Shown here: one piece after another, positions 10,145 through 20,889 of the stretch
Numbering within the stretch: position 1 is the first letter of the stretch
Layout of the letters: every line of letters begins with the position of its first letter
Assembly (NCBI GenBank): GCA_944389395.1
Contig: CALXME010000001.1
Coordinates: 480 to 64,479, forward strand
Length of the DNA stretch: 64,000 nt
Origin: an uncultured Clostridia bacterium
GTDB taxonomy: Bacteria; Bacillota; Clostridia; TANB77; CAG-508
Direction of reading: 5' to 3'
Notes under the pieces: generated by a model
What the model was told of the DNA's origin: nothing
Databases searched by the model: none
The model's input: the letters and a program-made list of their open reading frames with translations, nothing else
Translations under genes and position numbers: made by a program

Positions 10145-11781
10145 ATGATAAAAGAAGCCATAACAAAAAGAACACCAAAAAAAGAATCCTTTATGCAAGG
10201 TGTAGCAACATTGATGTTTTCACAGGTGTTAATAAAATTGTTAGGTTTAATATATACATTATATTTGACAAACAGAGAAGGCTTTGGGGATAAAGGTAAT
10301 GGAATAGTTGCAGCAGGATATCAAATTTATGCAATGTTACTTACCATATCTTCTATAGGAGTACCTAATGCTATTTCCAAGTTAGTATCTGAAAGAGTAG
10401 CTTTGCGGAGATCATAAAGGAGCTTATCGAATTTTTAAAATAGCATTTGCAACTTTTGCAATAATTGGACTTGTAGGAAGTTTGATGTTGTTTTTGGGAG
10501 CGGGATTAATTGCAAAGGTATGGCTACAAATACCAGAAGCAGAAATGACTTTAGTAGCACTTTCACCAGCTATTTTCTTTGTAGCTATTTCATCTGTTAT
10601 GAGAGGATATTTTAATGCTAGACAAAACATCAAAGCAACTGCAAAATCACAGACAATAGAACAAGTATTTAAAACAGCTCTTACTGTTATTTTAGTAGAA
10701 ATTGTAGCTATTATTTCTCATGCATCTACAGAATGGATGGCAGGTGGAGCAACCCTTGCTACTACTCTTGCTACTTTTGCAGGTTTTGGATATTTGTATT
10801 TGTTTTTTAAGACAAAAAGAAGAGAAATAGCAAGAGAAATAAAATCTACCGTAAATTATAAATACGAAAGAGTAAAAACAATTATCAAAAAAATATTATT
10901 AGTATCTATTCCAATTGCATTAACTGCCATCATGTCTTCTTTAAATAAAAATATTGATTCTTTTACAGTTGTTAGAAGTTTGAAAGAATTTTTACCAGAA
11001 GCAGAAGCAATTACTCAATATGGTATATTAGGTGGAAAAGTAGATACTTTAACGAGTTTGCCATTATCAATAAATGTCGCTTTTTCTACGGCATTAGTTC
11101 CAGCTATATCAGCAGCTAAAGCAAAACATGATAAAAAGACAATTACCAAAAGAACATCATTTTCTTTATTGACATCTATGTTAATTGGACTTCCATGTAC
11201 AGTAGGAATGTTTATTTTTGCAGGACCTATCTTAAATTTATTATTTCCAAATGCAAGTGCAGGAGAAATAATCTTACAAATTAGTTCTCTTACTATTATA
11301 TTTACCATATTAGACCAGACCATAAATGGTGCATTACAAGGATATGGAAAATTGTTGATTCCAACATTATCAATGGGATGTCGGGGTATTAGTTAAATTG
11401 ATTTTAAATTTAATTTTAGTACCTATTCCATCTATTGGAGTAAATGGTGCTGCTTGGGCATCAGTAGCATGTCATGTAGTTGCATTTAGTATTGCTTTCA
11501 CAGCTTTGCGTAAAAATATTAAATTAAATTTAACATTTTCAAAATTTGTAATAAAACCAATTTTGGCAACTGCAATAATGGGAATTTGTTCTTATTTTAT
11601 TTATTTAACACTTTGTAGTATAATTGCTGTAAAATTGGCTACAATAGTAGCAATAGTTTCAGCCATTATTCTATATACTTTAGCAATTATTGCATTAAAG
11701 GTGTTTTCAAAAGAAGAATTACTAATGATACCTTATGGGACTAAAATTTGTAGTGTATTGGAGAAGATGAAAATATATTAA
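10145..11781 (+). CDS. MOP-superfamily flippase (SpoVB/MurJ-like polysaccharide biosynthesis protein), needs +1 shifts at CGG 10406-10408 and 11382-11384
   Basis: Three consecutive ORFs (10145..10417, 10482..11396, 11398..11781) form one multi-TM flippase. Skipping C10406 gives SERVAL-G-DHKGAYRIFKIAF. Skipping C11382 gives LSMGC-G-VLVKLILNLILVP. Confidence 0.8.
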
Positions 11782-11914
11782 TTTTTGCAGATAATTTATA
11801 AAAAAAAGAAGGATTTTGTGGATTTTTGGCGAATAAACTTAATTAGTAGTACATTATTACCAGTATTTAAGGGAATAAAGTACATAACATTCAATCTTAT
11901 AGGAGGTAATTTAA

Positions 11915-12193
11915 ATGAACAAAGCTGAATTAATCGCAGCAATAGCTGCAAAAACAGGAGACACAAAAAAAGCAGCTGAAGCATCAGTAAACGCTTTTGT
12001 TGAAGTTGTAACAGATGCACTAAAAAAAGGAGACAAAGTTCAATTAGTTGGATTTGGATCTTTTGAAGTTAGAAAAAGAGCAGCTAGAAAAGGAAGAAAC
12101 CCACAAACTAAAGAAGAAATCAAAATACCTGCATCAAAAGCTCCAGTTTTCAAAGCTGGTAAAGCATTAAAAGATTTAGTAAACAAAAAATAG
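11915..12193 (+). CDS. hup: DNA-binding protein HU
   Basis: [11 protein letters not shown]...[45 protein letters not shown]. Confidence 0.95.
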   Translation: MNKAELIAAIAAKTGDTKKAAEASVNAFVEVVTDALKKGDKVQLVGFGSFEVRKRAARKGRNPQTKEEIKIPASKAPVFKAGKALKDLVNKK

Positions 12194-12230
12194 TAAATTA
12201 AAAAAATATATAGATATATGATTAGAGATA

Positions 12231-12256
12231 GGGACCAAGTTTGGTTCCTTTTTTTG
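12231..12256 (+). terminator. Terminator after hup
   Basis: gggaccaa..ttggttcc hairpin followed by a T7 run. Confidence 0.6.
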
Positions 12257-12394
12257 TTATTATATTATATGAAATGTAATTTCGAATAATGTAAAAGAGA
12301 AACAGAAGCTCATAAATGTGATTATATTTTTTTTTGACTAAAAACTTTACAGTATATTTCAAAAATGTTATAATTTGGCAAAAGGGTGAAAAAA

Positions 12395-13684
12395 ATGTCA
12401 AAAAAATATTTAGAAAAAAATGTACTAGAAGCAGCAAAAGACAGATTAAGAATTATGTTTGAAAATTTTGAGCATATTTATTTTAGTGTTAGTGGTGGAA
12501 AAGATAGTTCTGTTATGGTTCAATTAGCTAATATGATAGCTAAAGAGTTAAATAAAAAATTTGATGTCTTATATATTGATTTAGAAGCACAATATAGTCA
12601 TACTATTGCTCATATTGAAGAATTAAAAAAATTATCTCAGATTAATGATTTTTATCATATTGCTTTACCAATGGCATTGAGAAATGCTATATCTGTATTA
12701 CAACCTAAATGGATTTGTTGGGAAGAAGAAAGTAAACATTTATGGGTAAGAGATATGCCTAAAGATAGCATAAATATCCATAATTGTCCTTTTGAATGGT
12801 TTAAAAAAGGAGAAGAATTCGAGGAATTTATTGTTCAATTTGCACAATGGTATTTAGAAAAATATCCAGGAAAAGTAGCTTGTGGTATTGGAATTCGAAC
12901 AGATGAAAGTTTAAATCGTTTTAGAACAATTGCATTTCAAGATAAGAAAATAGCTTTTGATGGACATCCTTGGACAACAAAGTTAAAAGTAAGTGAAAAA
13001 CATATTGATGTTTATAATTTTTATCCTATTTATGATTGGACAGCAGAAGATATTTGGGGAGCTGTTAGCCAATTAGATTTAAAATTCAATCAAATTTATG
13101 AGTTGATGTATAAAAACGGTGTTAGTATTTATGAGCAAAGACTTTGCCAGCCTTATGGAGATGATCAAAAAAATGGATTAAATCAATATAAAGCTTTGGA
13201 GTATGATACATGGACTAAGATTTTAAACCGTGTTAATGGCGTTAATTTTGGAAATATCTATTGTAAGACAACTGCATTAGGAAATATCAAATCTTGTAAA
13301 CCAGATTTTATGAGTTGGCAACAATATGCCATATTTTTATTAGAAAGTATAGGAATTTATAATAATGAATTAATGTGGCACTATTATAGGAAAATTAAGA
13401 AATTTATGATTTGGTATAAAAATAAATATCATGTGGATGTACAAGATATTCCAGATACAGCAGAATGTAAATTAGAAAATCAAAAAAAAGCTATTTCTTG
13501 GAGAAGAATTGCAAGAGCCATTGAGAAAAATGATTTTTATTTAAAACGATTATCTTTTGCACAAACGAAAACAGATGATCAAGAATTACAGAAACTAATT
13601 CACAAATGGGATAATTTGTTGAACAAAAATACAATAACAGATGATAAGACATTGCAAAAAGTAATACAAGAACAATGTAGTTAA
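12395..13684 (+). CDS. PAPS-reductase-like PP-loop ATPase with DUF3440 C-terminal region (IbrA-like)
   Basis: PP-loop SVSGGKDSSV near the N-terminus. The ~430-aa architecture matches IbrA/YbdN-type proteins. A GTG at 12386 is an alternative start. Confidence 0.7.
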   Translation: MSKKYLEKNVLEAAKDRLRIMFENFEHIYFSVSGGKDSSVMVQLANMIAKELNKKFDVLYIDLEAQYSHTIAHIEELKKLSQINDFYHIALPMALRNAISVLQPKWICWEEESKHLWVRDMPKDSINIHNCPFEWFKKGEEFEEFIVQFAQWYLEKYPGKVACGIGIRTDESLNRFRTIAFQDKKIAFDGHPWTTKLKVSEKHIDVYNFYPIYDWTAEDIWGAVSQLDLKFNQIYELMYKNGVSIYEQRLCQPYGDDQKNGLNQYKALEYDTWTKILNRVNGVNFGNIYCKTTALGNIKSCKPDFMSWQQYAIFLLESIGIYNNELMWHYYRKIKKFMIWYKNKYHVDVQDIPDTAECKLENQKKAISWRRIARAIEKNDFYLKRLSFAQTKTDDQELQKLIHKWDNLLNKNTITDDKTLQKVIQEQCS

Positions 13685-13699
13685 AGGGGGATTTGTAAA

Positions 13700-14059
13700 A
13701 TGGTAGTAAGAGCAACCAATCAAGACGAAGATTTTTATACATATATGGGAAAATTTTTTGGTTCAAGAGTAGTTGAAAGACAAACAAATGATAGATTATA
13801 TGATGATAATGATAAATTATGGTATATCTATTTAGATGATAAAAAACCAATGGCATTTGTTTCAGTAGCAAAAAATATAATTAAAAATGTTTATACTATT
13901 CGAGAAGAATATTTAGAAGAAATTTTAGAAAGAATCAAAAAAGAAAATAAAATAACTTATAGCATTGTGACAAATGCATATATAGATGTTTATGAAAGAT
14001 GTGGGTTTAAGATAGATAAATCCCATAGTTATAAGAATTTTGTAACAATTTATTTATAA
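13700..14059 (+). CDS. Small hypothetical protein, possibly a minimal GNAT-like fold
   Basis: 119 aa ending in ...TNAYIDVYERCGFKID, a GNAT-like C-terminal strand. Weak call. Confidence 0.35.
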   Translation: MVVRATNQDEDFYTYMGKFFGSRVVERQTNDRLYDDNDKLWYIYLDDKKPMAFVSVAKNIIKNVYTIREEYLEEILERIKKENKITYSIVTNAYIDVYERCGFKIDKSHSYKNFVTIYL

Positions 14060-14122
14060 AAAATAATGGAAAAGTATAGCTGTGTATAGAAGCAACTTAC
14101 TTTTTAAGAGAGGACGATAAGA

Positions 14123-14653
14123 ATGAGTGAGATAGAATTTCCAGTATTAAATGTAAAAATGGTAGATATTGATAAAGTAGTAGCAAATGACTATAACCCA
14201 AATAAAGTAGCTCCACCTGAAATGGAATTGCTACGACATTCAATAGAAGAGGATGGATATACACAACCAATTGTTACTTATTATGATAAGAAAAAAGATA
14301 TCTATATTGTAGTAGATGGTTTCCACAGATATCGATGTGCAAAAGAATATTTCCATTTAAAGCAAATACCAATTGTTACAATTGATAAAGATTTAGAAAA
14401 CAGAATGGCAAGTACAATAAGACATAATAGGGCAAGAGGAACACATCAAATTGTAGATATGTCGCATATTGTATTAACTTTAACAGAAAATGGCTGGACA
14501 GAAGAGCAAATTTCTAAACATTTAGGAATGGAATTAGATGAAATTATTCGATTGAAACAAATTACAGGATTAAAAGATATGTTCGCAAATCACAAGTTTA
14601 GTAAGTCTTGGGAAGAATTTGAATATAATAGAAAAATGGAGAATCATGGATAA
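14123..14653 (+). CDS. ParB/Srx N-terminal domain protein (IbrB-like)
   Basis: NDYNPNKV...QPIVTYY...IVVDGFHRYRCAKE...RHNRARGTH, a ParB-like nuclease/NTPase domain motif (DGxHR). Confidence 0.7.
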   Translation: MSEIEFPVLNVKMVDIDKVVANDYNPNKVAPPEMELLRHSIEEDGYTQPIVTYYDKKKDIYIVVDGFHRYRCAKEYFHLKQIPIVTIDKDLENRMASTIRHNRARGTHQIVDMSHIVLTLTENGWTEEQISKHLGMELDEIIRLKQITGLKDMFANHKFSKSWEEFEYNRKMENHG

Positions 14654-14714
14654 AAGAAAAGTTGGCATTAGTTTAGAGTCTATGGAGAGATAAACTCATA
14701 ACTAATGCCAATTA

Positions 14715-16463
14715 TTATTTAATATCTAATTTAATATGGATATCATGTAATTGTTCTCTTTTTACATTGCTTGGAGCTCCCATCATTAAATCTTGGGCTT
14801 TACTATTTAGTGGAAATGCAATTACTTCTCTGATGGAATCAGAATCAGTAAGTAACATTAACATTCTGTCAATACCAGGAGCAATTCCACTATGAGGTGG
14901 GGCACCGAATTGAAATGCTGTATATAAGGCACCAAATTTAGATTTTACTTCTTCTTCGGTATATCCTGCCATAGTAAAAGCTTTTAGCATAATATTAATG
15001 TCATGATTTCTAACAGCTCCAGAAGAAAGTTCTACACCATTACATACAATATCATACTGATAAGCTAAAATATCTAATGGATTTTGGGTTTCCAATGCTT
15101 TTAAACCACCTTGTGGCATAGAAAATGGGTTATGACTAAAGGTTAGTTTTCCATGGTCATCTAATTCAAACATTGGAAAATCTATAATCCAAGCAAAAGC
15201 AAATGTATTTTTATCAATTAAGTCTAATTTTTCTCCTAGTTTAGTTCTAATTTGACCGGCAAGTTCTGTTGCTCTTTTTTCATTATCTGCAATAAAGAAA
15301 ATGGTGTCATCCTTTTCTAACTCTGCTATATCTAATAAGGTTTTCTTTAGTTCATTAGGAATGAATTTGTCAATGGGTCCTTTAAAACTTAAATCTTCTT
15401 GTACTTCAAGATATCCAAGTCCAGCCATTCCAATAGATGTAGCAAAACTAAGCATTTTTTCATGAAATCCTTTTGATAAATGTTTCTTTACTTTGATAGC
15501 TCTTACGGTTTTATCTATAAATGGTTTAAAAGTACATTTTTGAAAGAAATCAGATAAATCTATGATGAATAAAGGATTTCTTAAATCAGGTTTATCAGTA
15601 CCATATTTGATTAGAGCTTCTTTATAGGAAATTCTAGGGAATGGGTATTGGACAATTTTTTTATCTGAAAACTCTTGAAAAGTATGATACATGACTGGTT
15701 CTATTGCTTGAAATACATCTTCTTGTGTGCTATATGCCATTTCCATATCTAATTGATAAAATTCTCCAGGAGCACGGTCTGACCTGGCGTCTTCATCTCT
15801 AAAGCATGGTGCAATTTGAAAATATTTATCAATCCCAGAAACCATTAGTAATTGTTTAAATTGTTGAGGTGCTTGTGGTAAGGCATAAAATTTTCCGGGA
15901 TGAAGTCTACTTGGTACTAAGTAATCTCTTGCACCTTCTGGTGATGAACTGGTTAAAATAGGAGTTTGTACTTCTAAAAATCCTTGTGCAATCATTTCCT
16001 TTCTAAGAAATTGAAGTACTTTAGCTCTTAATATTAAATTGTTTTTTAGTCTATCATTTCTTAAATCTAAGAAGCGATATTGAAGTCTTAAATCTTCTCT
16101 AATTTCTTGATTGGTGTTTACCTCAAAGGGTAAATTTTGTGTCCTTTTTCCTAGTATTTTAATTTCTTCAATACGAATTTCTACTAATCCTGTTTTTAAT
16201 TTAGGATTGATGGTTTCTTCATCTCTTTTTTTTACTTCTCCATATACACTAACAGAAGATTCTAAAGGGATATGAGAAGCAAAGTCAACATCTTCTGTTT
16301 TTCCAGAGGTAACTACTTGAGTAATTCCATACATATCTCTAATATCTAGAAATACAAGACCACCTAAATCACGAATGGTTTGAACAAAACCAGCTATTCT
16401 TACTTTTTTTCCAACATCTTCTAAGCTAATTTCATTACAATAATGTGTACGATATTCTTTCAT
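14715..16463 (-). CDS. aspS: Aspartate--tRNA ligase
   Basis: Class II motifs: FLDIRD, QSPQ-like LPQAPQQFKQLLM, FRDEDARSDR, GGLKA...SSGAVRNH, PPHSGIAPGIDR. Start taken at MKEYRTHYCNE (16463) after a good RBS; the upstream extension lies inside the T-box leader. Confidence 0.95.
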   Translation of the reverse strand: MKEYRTHYCNEISLEDVGKKVRIAGFVQTIRDLGGLVFLDIRDMYGITQVVTSGKTEDVDFASHIPLESSVSVYGEVKKRDEETINPKLKTGLVEIRIEEIKILGKRTQNLPFEVNTNQEIREDLRLQYRFLDLRNDRLKNNLILRAKVLQFLRKEMIAQGFLEVQTPILTSSSPEGARDYLVPSRLHPGKFYALPQAPQQFKQLLMVSGIDKYFQIAPCFRDEDARSDRAPGEFYQLDMEMAYSTQEDVFQAIEPVMYHTFQEFSDKKIVQYPFPRISYKEALIKYGTDKPDLRNPLFIIDLSDFFQKCTFKPFIDKTVRAIKVKKHLSKGFHEKMLSFATSIGMAGLGYLEVQEDLSFKGPIDKFIPNELKKTLLDIAELEKDDTIFFIADNEKRATELAGQIRTKLGEKLDLIDKNTFAFAWIIDFPMFELDDHGKLTFSHNPFSMPQGGLKALETQNPLDILAYQYDIVCNGVELSSGAVRNHDINIMLKAFTMAGYTEEEVKSKFGALYTAFQFGAPPHSGIAPGIDRMLMLLTDSDSIREVIAFPLNSKAQDLMMGAPSNVKREQLHDIHIKLDIK

Positions 16464-16499
16464 ACAAAAAACTCCTTTCTTATTTTGGGAGCATTTTTT

Positions 16500-16735
16500 A
16501 TGAATAATACTAAACACAAAAAATGTCCCATTGCATATTTTATGCAGGGACGAAATTATTTTCCGCGGTGCCACCCAGCTTGAAAATCTTTCGATTTTCC
16601 ACTTTATATGGTGGTTTAATAATAAACCAGTTTATTACTCCAATGTGTTTCGATAAATAGGTTGACCTTAAAGGGCTTTCAGCCGGTGACCCTTTTTCTC
16701 TTTCAGTAACATCTATTTTCTTTGCATTGTACAAG
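16500..16735 (-). promoter_or_regulatory. T-box leader of aspS
   Basis: The minus strand carries the T-box sequence gctgggtggcaccgcgg, then the terminator gtccctgcata..tatgcaatgggac plus a T-run. Stem I has an agaga/gaaag element. I could not assign the specifier codon by eye. Confidence 0.8.
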
Positions 16736-16912
16736 CGTAATATGTTTTTAATTGTTCTTTATTTTATATAGTATTTCTTGTTTTGTCAAGTGTTATGCAG
16801 AAATTTTATGTTTTTTAGGTTACTAGATAATTGTTTTCGTACGAGCTATTTTAATAAAAAATAAAAAAGAAATACACTTTTAATATTAGGATTTAATATT
16901 AAGAGTGTATTT

Positions 16913-17167
16913 TTAGATTAATTGTTTTTTAATACTATCTACTACAAAAGCACAGATTAAAAATTCAATTCCAAAAATAATGCTTAATTTAAATAAAGCA
17001 AGTCCGGTATGATATAAAATAGGTGTTGCTAAAAAAGAATCATAAATAAATAACATGAAAATGGAAAATATACATAAAATAAAGCAAAATTTTAATCCAT
17101 GTTTCAAAATTTTGTAAGTTGTTTTATCAAAATTTTTATAACATTCTATTAATTTTTTTATTACCAT
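16913..17167 (-). CDS. Small hypothetical membrane protein
   Basis: 84 aa with two or three hydrophobic helices. No recognisable family. Confidence 0.4.
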   Translation of the reverse strand: MVIKKLIECYKNFDKTTYKILKHGLKFCFILCIFSIFMLFIYDSFLATPILYHTGLALFKLSIIFGIEFLICAFVVDSIKKQLI

Positions 17168-17322
17168 ATGTATTCACCTCATTTGTAACATTTATATTTA
17201 TATCTTAACATGAACAATGATGAATAACAATGGTAATATCAGCCAAAATGGGTTTTTTGAAGTCTAAAAAAAATAAAAAAGATGATAATCTCTATCATCT
17301 TCTTAATTTATGCATATATGTA

Positions 17323-17589
17323 TTAAGCCATAGCTGCATTTAGTTTTTTAGATAAATTAGATTTTTTTCTAGATGCTGTGTTTTTTACAATAACACCTTT
17401 AGTACAAGCTTGGTCGATTTTTTTAGTTGCTTGAGATAAAAGTACTTTTGCATCTTCAATTTTACCAGCAGATACTGCTTCTTCAAATTTTTTTACAGCA
17501 GATTTATATTCTGATTTTATCATATTATTTCTTAAAGTTTTTTTCTCTATTACTTTAACTCTTTTTTTAGCTGATTTAATATTTGGCAT
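17323..17589 (-). CDS. rpsT: 30S ribosomal protein S20
   Basis: MPNIKSAKKRVKV..KKTLRN...KS..KT..KK, typical S20. Confidence 0.95.
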   Translation of the reverse strand: MPNIKSAKKRVKVIEKKTLRNNMIKSEYKSAVKKFEEAVSAGKIEDAKVLLSQATKKIDQACTKGVIVKNTASRKKSNLSKKLNAAMA

Positions 17590-17759
17590 TTCCTAATGGC
17601 ACCTCCTCTTAGTCTATATTACACTATAACATATGATATTTTAGCACATTTTTTTAGATTTGACAAGGGGAAATTTAGAAAATCCTTAAAAAACAGTAAA
17701 ATAATTATTGTAATCTTATTAAAATTATGATATATTGAATGTTAGAATGAGGTGATAAA

Positions 17760-18206
17760 ATGATAGCAATTGGAAGTGACCATGGAGGTTATCGATTAAA
17801 AGAAGAAATCAAAAAATATTTAGACGAAAAACAAATATCCTATATAGATTGTGGAACATATAGTGAAGAAAGGACAGACTATCCAATATATGCTAAAAAA
17901 GTTGCTCAAGAAATACAAGCTCAAAATGCAGATAAAGGAATTTTGGTTTGTCGTTCAGGTTATGGAATGACAGTAGTTGCTAATAAATTTAAAGGAATTA
18001 GGGCAGCTAGTATTTTTAATGAAGAGTCTGCTAAATTTGCAAAAGCAGATGATGATATTAATGTGATTACTTTAGGGGGAGATTATTTAACTGTTAATCA
18101 AGCTGTTTGTATTATAAGAAATTGGCTTGGAACAGAATTTAAAGGTGGAAAGTATGCAGAAAGATTAAAAATGGTGGAAGAAATCGAAAAAGAAAATATG
18201 AAATAA
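17760..18206 (+). CDS. rpiB: Ribose-5-phosphate isomerase B (RpiB/LacAB family)
   Basis: IAIGSDHGGYRLKEEI...GILVCRSGYGMTVVANKFKGIRAA. Confidence 0.9.
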   Translation: MIAIGSDHGGYRLKEEIKKYLDEKQISYIDCGTYSEERTDYPIYAKKVAQEIQAQNADKGILVCRSGYGMTVVANKFKGIRAASIFNEESAKFAKADDDINVITLGGDYLTVNQAVCIIRNWLGTEFKGGKYAERLKMVEEIEKENMK

Positions 18207-18221
18207 ACTGGAGGAATCAAT

Positions 18222-19457
18222 ATGTGGGGAAATATTGCCATTGCTTTTCTGCTTGCTTTTATTGTGGCTTTTATGGCGACGCCATATACGATTCGTATAG
18301 CAGAAAAAGTAGGAGCTGTTGATATTCCTAAAGATAAAAGAAGAATGCATAAAAAAGCAATGCCTAAATTTGGAGGACCAGCAGTTATTTTAGGATTTTT
18401 AATATCTGTTATTTATTTATTGATTGTTATGAGTATGGAGCACACAATTAATTTATTTGGAATAGAACAGTATGGAAAACAGCTATTGGGTATGTTATTA
18501 GGAATTATAGTGATTAGTATTACTTGTATTATTGATGATATTATAACAATAAAACCACTTGTTAAATTAGCAGGACAAGTATTAGCAGCTATTATTGTGA
18601 CTTTATTTGGAGTAAGGATAAATGAGATAACTTTACCATTTCTAGATACACCACAGTTGCAGGAAACTTTTTCAATTATTGTTACGATTGTTTGGATTGT
18701 GGGTGTAACAAATGCAATTAATTTAATAGATGGGTTAGATGGATTATCTTCAGGAATATCAGTAATTTCAGCAGTATCTTTGCTTATTATATTTGTGCTT
18801 AATGGTTCTCCTTTAATAGCGATTATTTTAGTTACAGCATTAGCAGGAGCATTAGTAGGGTTTTTACCATTTAATTTTGCACCAGCAAAAACTTTTATAG
18901 GAGATACAGGTTCTAATTTTTTAGGATTTTCACTTTCAATTATTTCTATTTTAGGAATGGCAAAAACCTATACAGTTGCAGTAATTGTGTTACCTTTAAT
19001 TGTATTAGGATTACCTTTATTTGATACGATGTGGGCAATTATTAGAAGATTAGTAAAAGGAAAATCTATTAAAGCTATTTTCAAAGCAGATAAAGGACAT
19101 TTACATCATAAATTAGTAGCAAGAGGGTTTAGCCCTAAACAAGCAGTTTTAATTTTATATGGTATTAGTGCTACTTTTGGAATATTTGCAGTTATTTTAT
19201 TAGATAGTGGTATTTGGAAGGCATTATCTTTCTTGTTAATGGTAATTGTGGCACTAGCAATTGGATATAAGAACTTTAAAATGGAAAAAGTAGAATCACA
19301 AAGATATGAATGTATCGAGTGTAAATATATTTATAATCCTAAGTTTGGAAATGAAAAAGCAGGTATTAAACCAGGTACTTCTTTTGAGGATTTACCAGAT
19401 GATTGGGTTTGCCCTGTTTGTGGAGAAGGGAAAGAAATGTTTGAGATACATGAGTAA
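18222..19457 (+). CDS. Glycosyltransferase family 4 (MraY/WecA/TagO-type undecaprenyl-phosphate sugar-1-P transferase) fused to a C-terminal rubredoxin domain
   Basis: Polytopic N-part with [12 protein letters not shown] and [12 protein letters not shown] motifs. The last ~55 aa, [47 protein letters not shown], are a canonical rubredoxin (two CxxC pairs). Confidence 0.85.
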   Translation: MWGNIAIAFLLAFIVAFMATPYTIRIAEKVGAVDIPKDKRRMHKKAMPKFGGPAVILGFLISVIYLLIVMSMEHTINLFGIEQYGKQLLGMLLGIIVISITCIIDDIITIKPLVKLAGQVLAAIIVTLFGVRINEITLPFLDTPQLQETFSIIVTIVWIVGVTNAINLIDGLDGLSSGISVISAVSLLIIFVLNGSPLIAIILVTALAGALVGFLPFNFAPAKTFIGDTGSNFLGFSLSIISILGMAKTYTVAVIVLPLIVLGLPLFDTMWAIIRRLVKGKSIKAIFKADKGHLHHKLVARGFSPKQAVLILYGISATFGIFAVILLDSGIWKALSFLLMVIVALAIGYKNFKMEKVESQRYECIECKYIYNPKFGNEKAGIKPGTSFEDLPDDWVCPVCGEGKEMFEIHE

Positions 19458-19687
19458 AAGCAAAGATAAACTAGAAAGTTATAAAAAATATTCAAAAAAG
19501 CTTTCTAGTTTTTATATGAAAACATATAAATTTTATGTAAAATTTACACATAAAGAGAAATTGACTTTAGATGTGTATAGTGATATAATTTAAAGGTGTA
19601 TAATGCAAAATATATAGTTTCTTAATAGAAAAAAATTGAGTTTTGGATTAATAAAGACTATTAAAATAAATAAGTAAAGGAGTAATT

Positions 19688-20350
19688 ATGGTAAGTGTAA
19701 TAATTCCAGCATATAATGAAGAGAAAAATATAAAAACAGTTATTGATTTATGCAAACAAAACGAAATTGTTAGCGAAATTATAGTTGTAAATAATTTATG
19801 TACAGATAGAACAGAAGAAATAGCAAGAGCTGAAGGAGCTAAAGTAGTTTGCTGTAATGAACAAGGTAAGGGTTATGCTATGGAAGTAGGAATAAAATAT
19901 GCACAAAATGAAATTTTAGTATTTTTAGATGGCGATATTCCGGATTATTCTAATGATGTAATTAATAAGTTGGTAGAACCTATTTTAAAAAGAAATGTTG
20001 ACTTTGTAAAGGCTACATTTGATAGAGAAGGTGGAAGAGTAACAGAATTAGTTGCTAAACCCTTATTAAAGTTATTGTTTCCTGATGTGAAATATGCACA
20101 ACCATTAAGTGGAATGATTGCCGGAAAAAAATCCGTTTTTCAAAAAATAGAATTCGAAAAAGATTATGGTGTGGATATAGGAATTTTATTAGATATGATA
20201 AATTTGAAAGTAAATATAGAAGAAGTAAAAATCGGACAATTAAAAAATATTTCTAAAAGTTGGAAAGCTTTGGAAAAAATGTCTACTGAAGTAATGAAAG
20301 CAATTCTGAAAAGAGTAGATATTAATAAAATTAAGGAGATTAAGCAATAA
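19688..20350 (+). CDS. Glycosyltransferase family 2 (small, GpgS-like)
   Basis: VSVIIPAYNEE...FLDGDI (DxD). 220 aa, soluble. Confidence 0.7.
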   Translation: MVSVIIPAYNEEKNIKTVIDLCKQNEIVSEIIVVNNLCTDRTEEIARAEGAKVVCCNEQGKGYAMEVGIKYAQNEILVFLDGDIPDYSNDVINKLVEPILKRNVDFVKATFDREGGRVTELVAKPLLKLLFPDVKYAQPLSGMIAGKKSVFQKIEFEKDYGVDIGILLDMINLKVNIEEVKIGQLKNISKSWKALEKMSTEVMKAILKRVDINKIKEIKQ

Positions 20351-20354
20351 AGAT

Positions 20355-20873
20355 ATGAATATATATGTTATCAGGCATGGACAAACAGATTATAATGTTA
20401 AAGGATTATTTCAGGGTCAAATAGATATACCATTAAATTTAGAAGGAATAAACCAAGCCAAAAAAATAGCTAATAAATTTAAAAATATAAAGGTAGATAA
20501 AATTTTTGTATCACCATTAACTAGAGCAAGGCAAACAGCTAATTTCATAAGTGAGATTACTAATGTAAATCCAATTATAGAACAAAGATTAGTGGAGAGA
20601 AACTTTGGAAAATTAGAAGGACATAAAAGTATTACAGATTTTGAGAGTAGAATTGATGAGTTTAATATAGAGAGAATAGAAGCAGTTGAAAAAAGAGTGA
20701 AAAATTTTTTGGAGAATTTGTTTAAAAATGATAATGATAAAGAAAATATTGTTATAGTAACACATGCAACTGTTATTCAAATTATTAATAAGTGTTTGGA
20801 CTTAAATTATAATGAGCAAAATTTTACGGATTTTAAGCTAGAAAATGCAGGATGCAAATGTTATAAACTATAA
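20355..20873 (+). CDS. Histidine phosphatase family protein (phosphoglycerate mutase-like)
   Basis: N-terminal IYVIRHGQTDYN catalytic RHG motif; VTHATVIQ near the C-terminus. Confidence 0.85.
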   Translation: MNIYVIRHGQTDYNVKGLFQGQIDIPLNLEGINQAKKIANKFKNIKVDKIFVSPLTRARQTANFISEITNVNPIIEQRLVERNFGKLEGHKSITDFESRIDEFNIERIEAVEKRVKNFLENLFKNDNDKENIVIVTHATVIQIINKCLDLNYNEQNFTDFKLENAGCKCYKL

Positions 20874-20889
20874 TCAAGGAGAAATCATT

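Noticed and set aside
16540-16734. 64-aa minus-strand ORF, and the N-terminal 37-aa extension of the aspS ORF
   Set aside because: Both lie inside the aspS T-box leader (T-box sequence and terminator present). The real aspS start is the ATG at 16463, which has an RBS.
19306-19593. 95-aa ORF overlapping the end of the TagO-rubredoxin gene
   Set aside because: It is out of frame with a clear rubredoxin domain and extends into the terminator region. No RBS and no homology.
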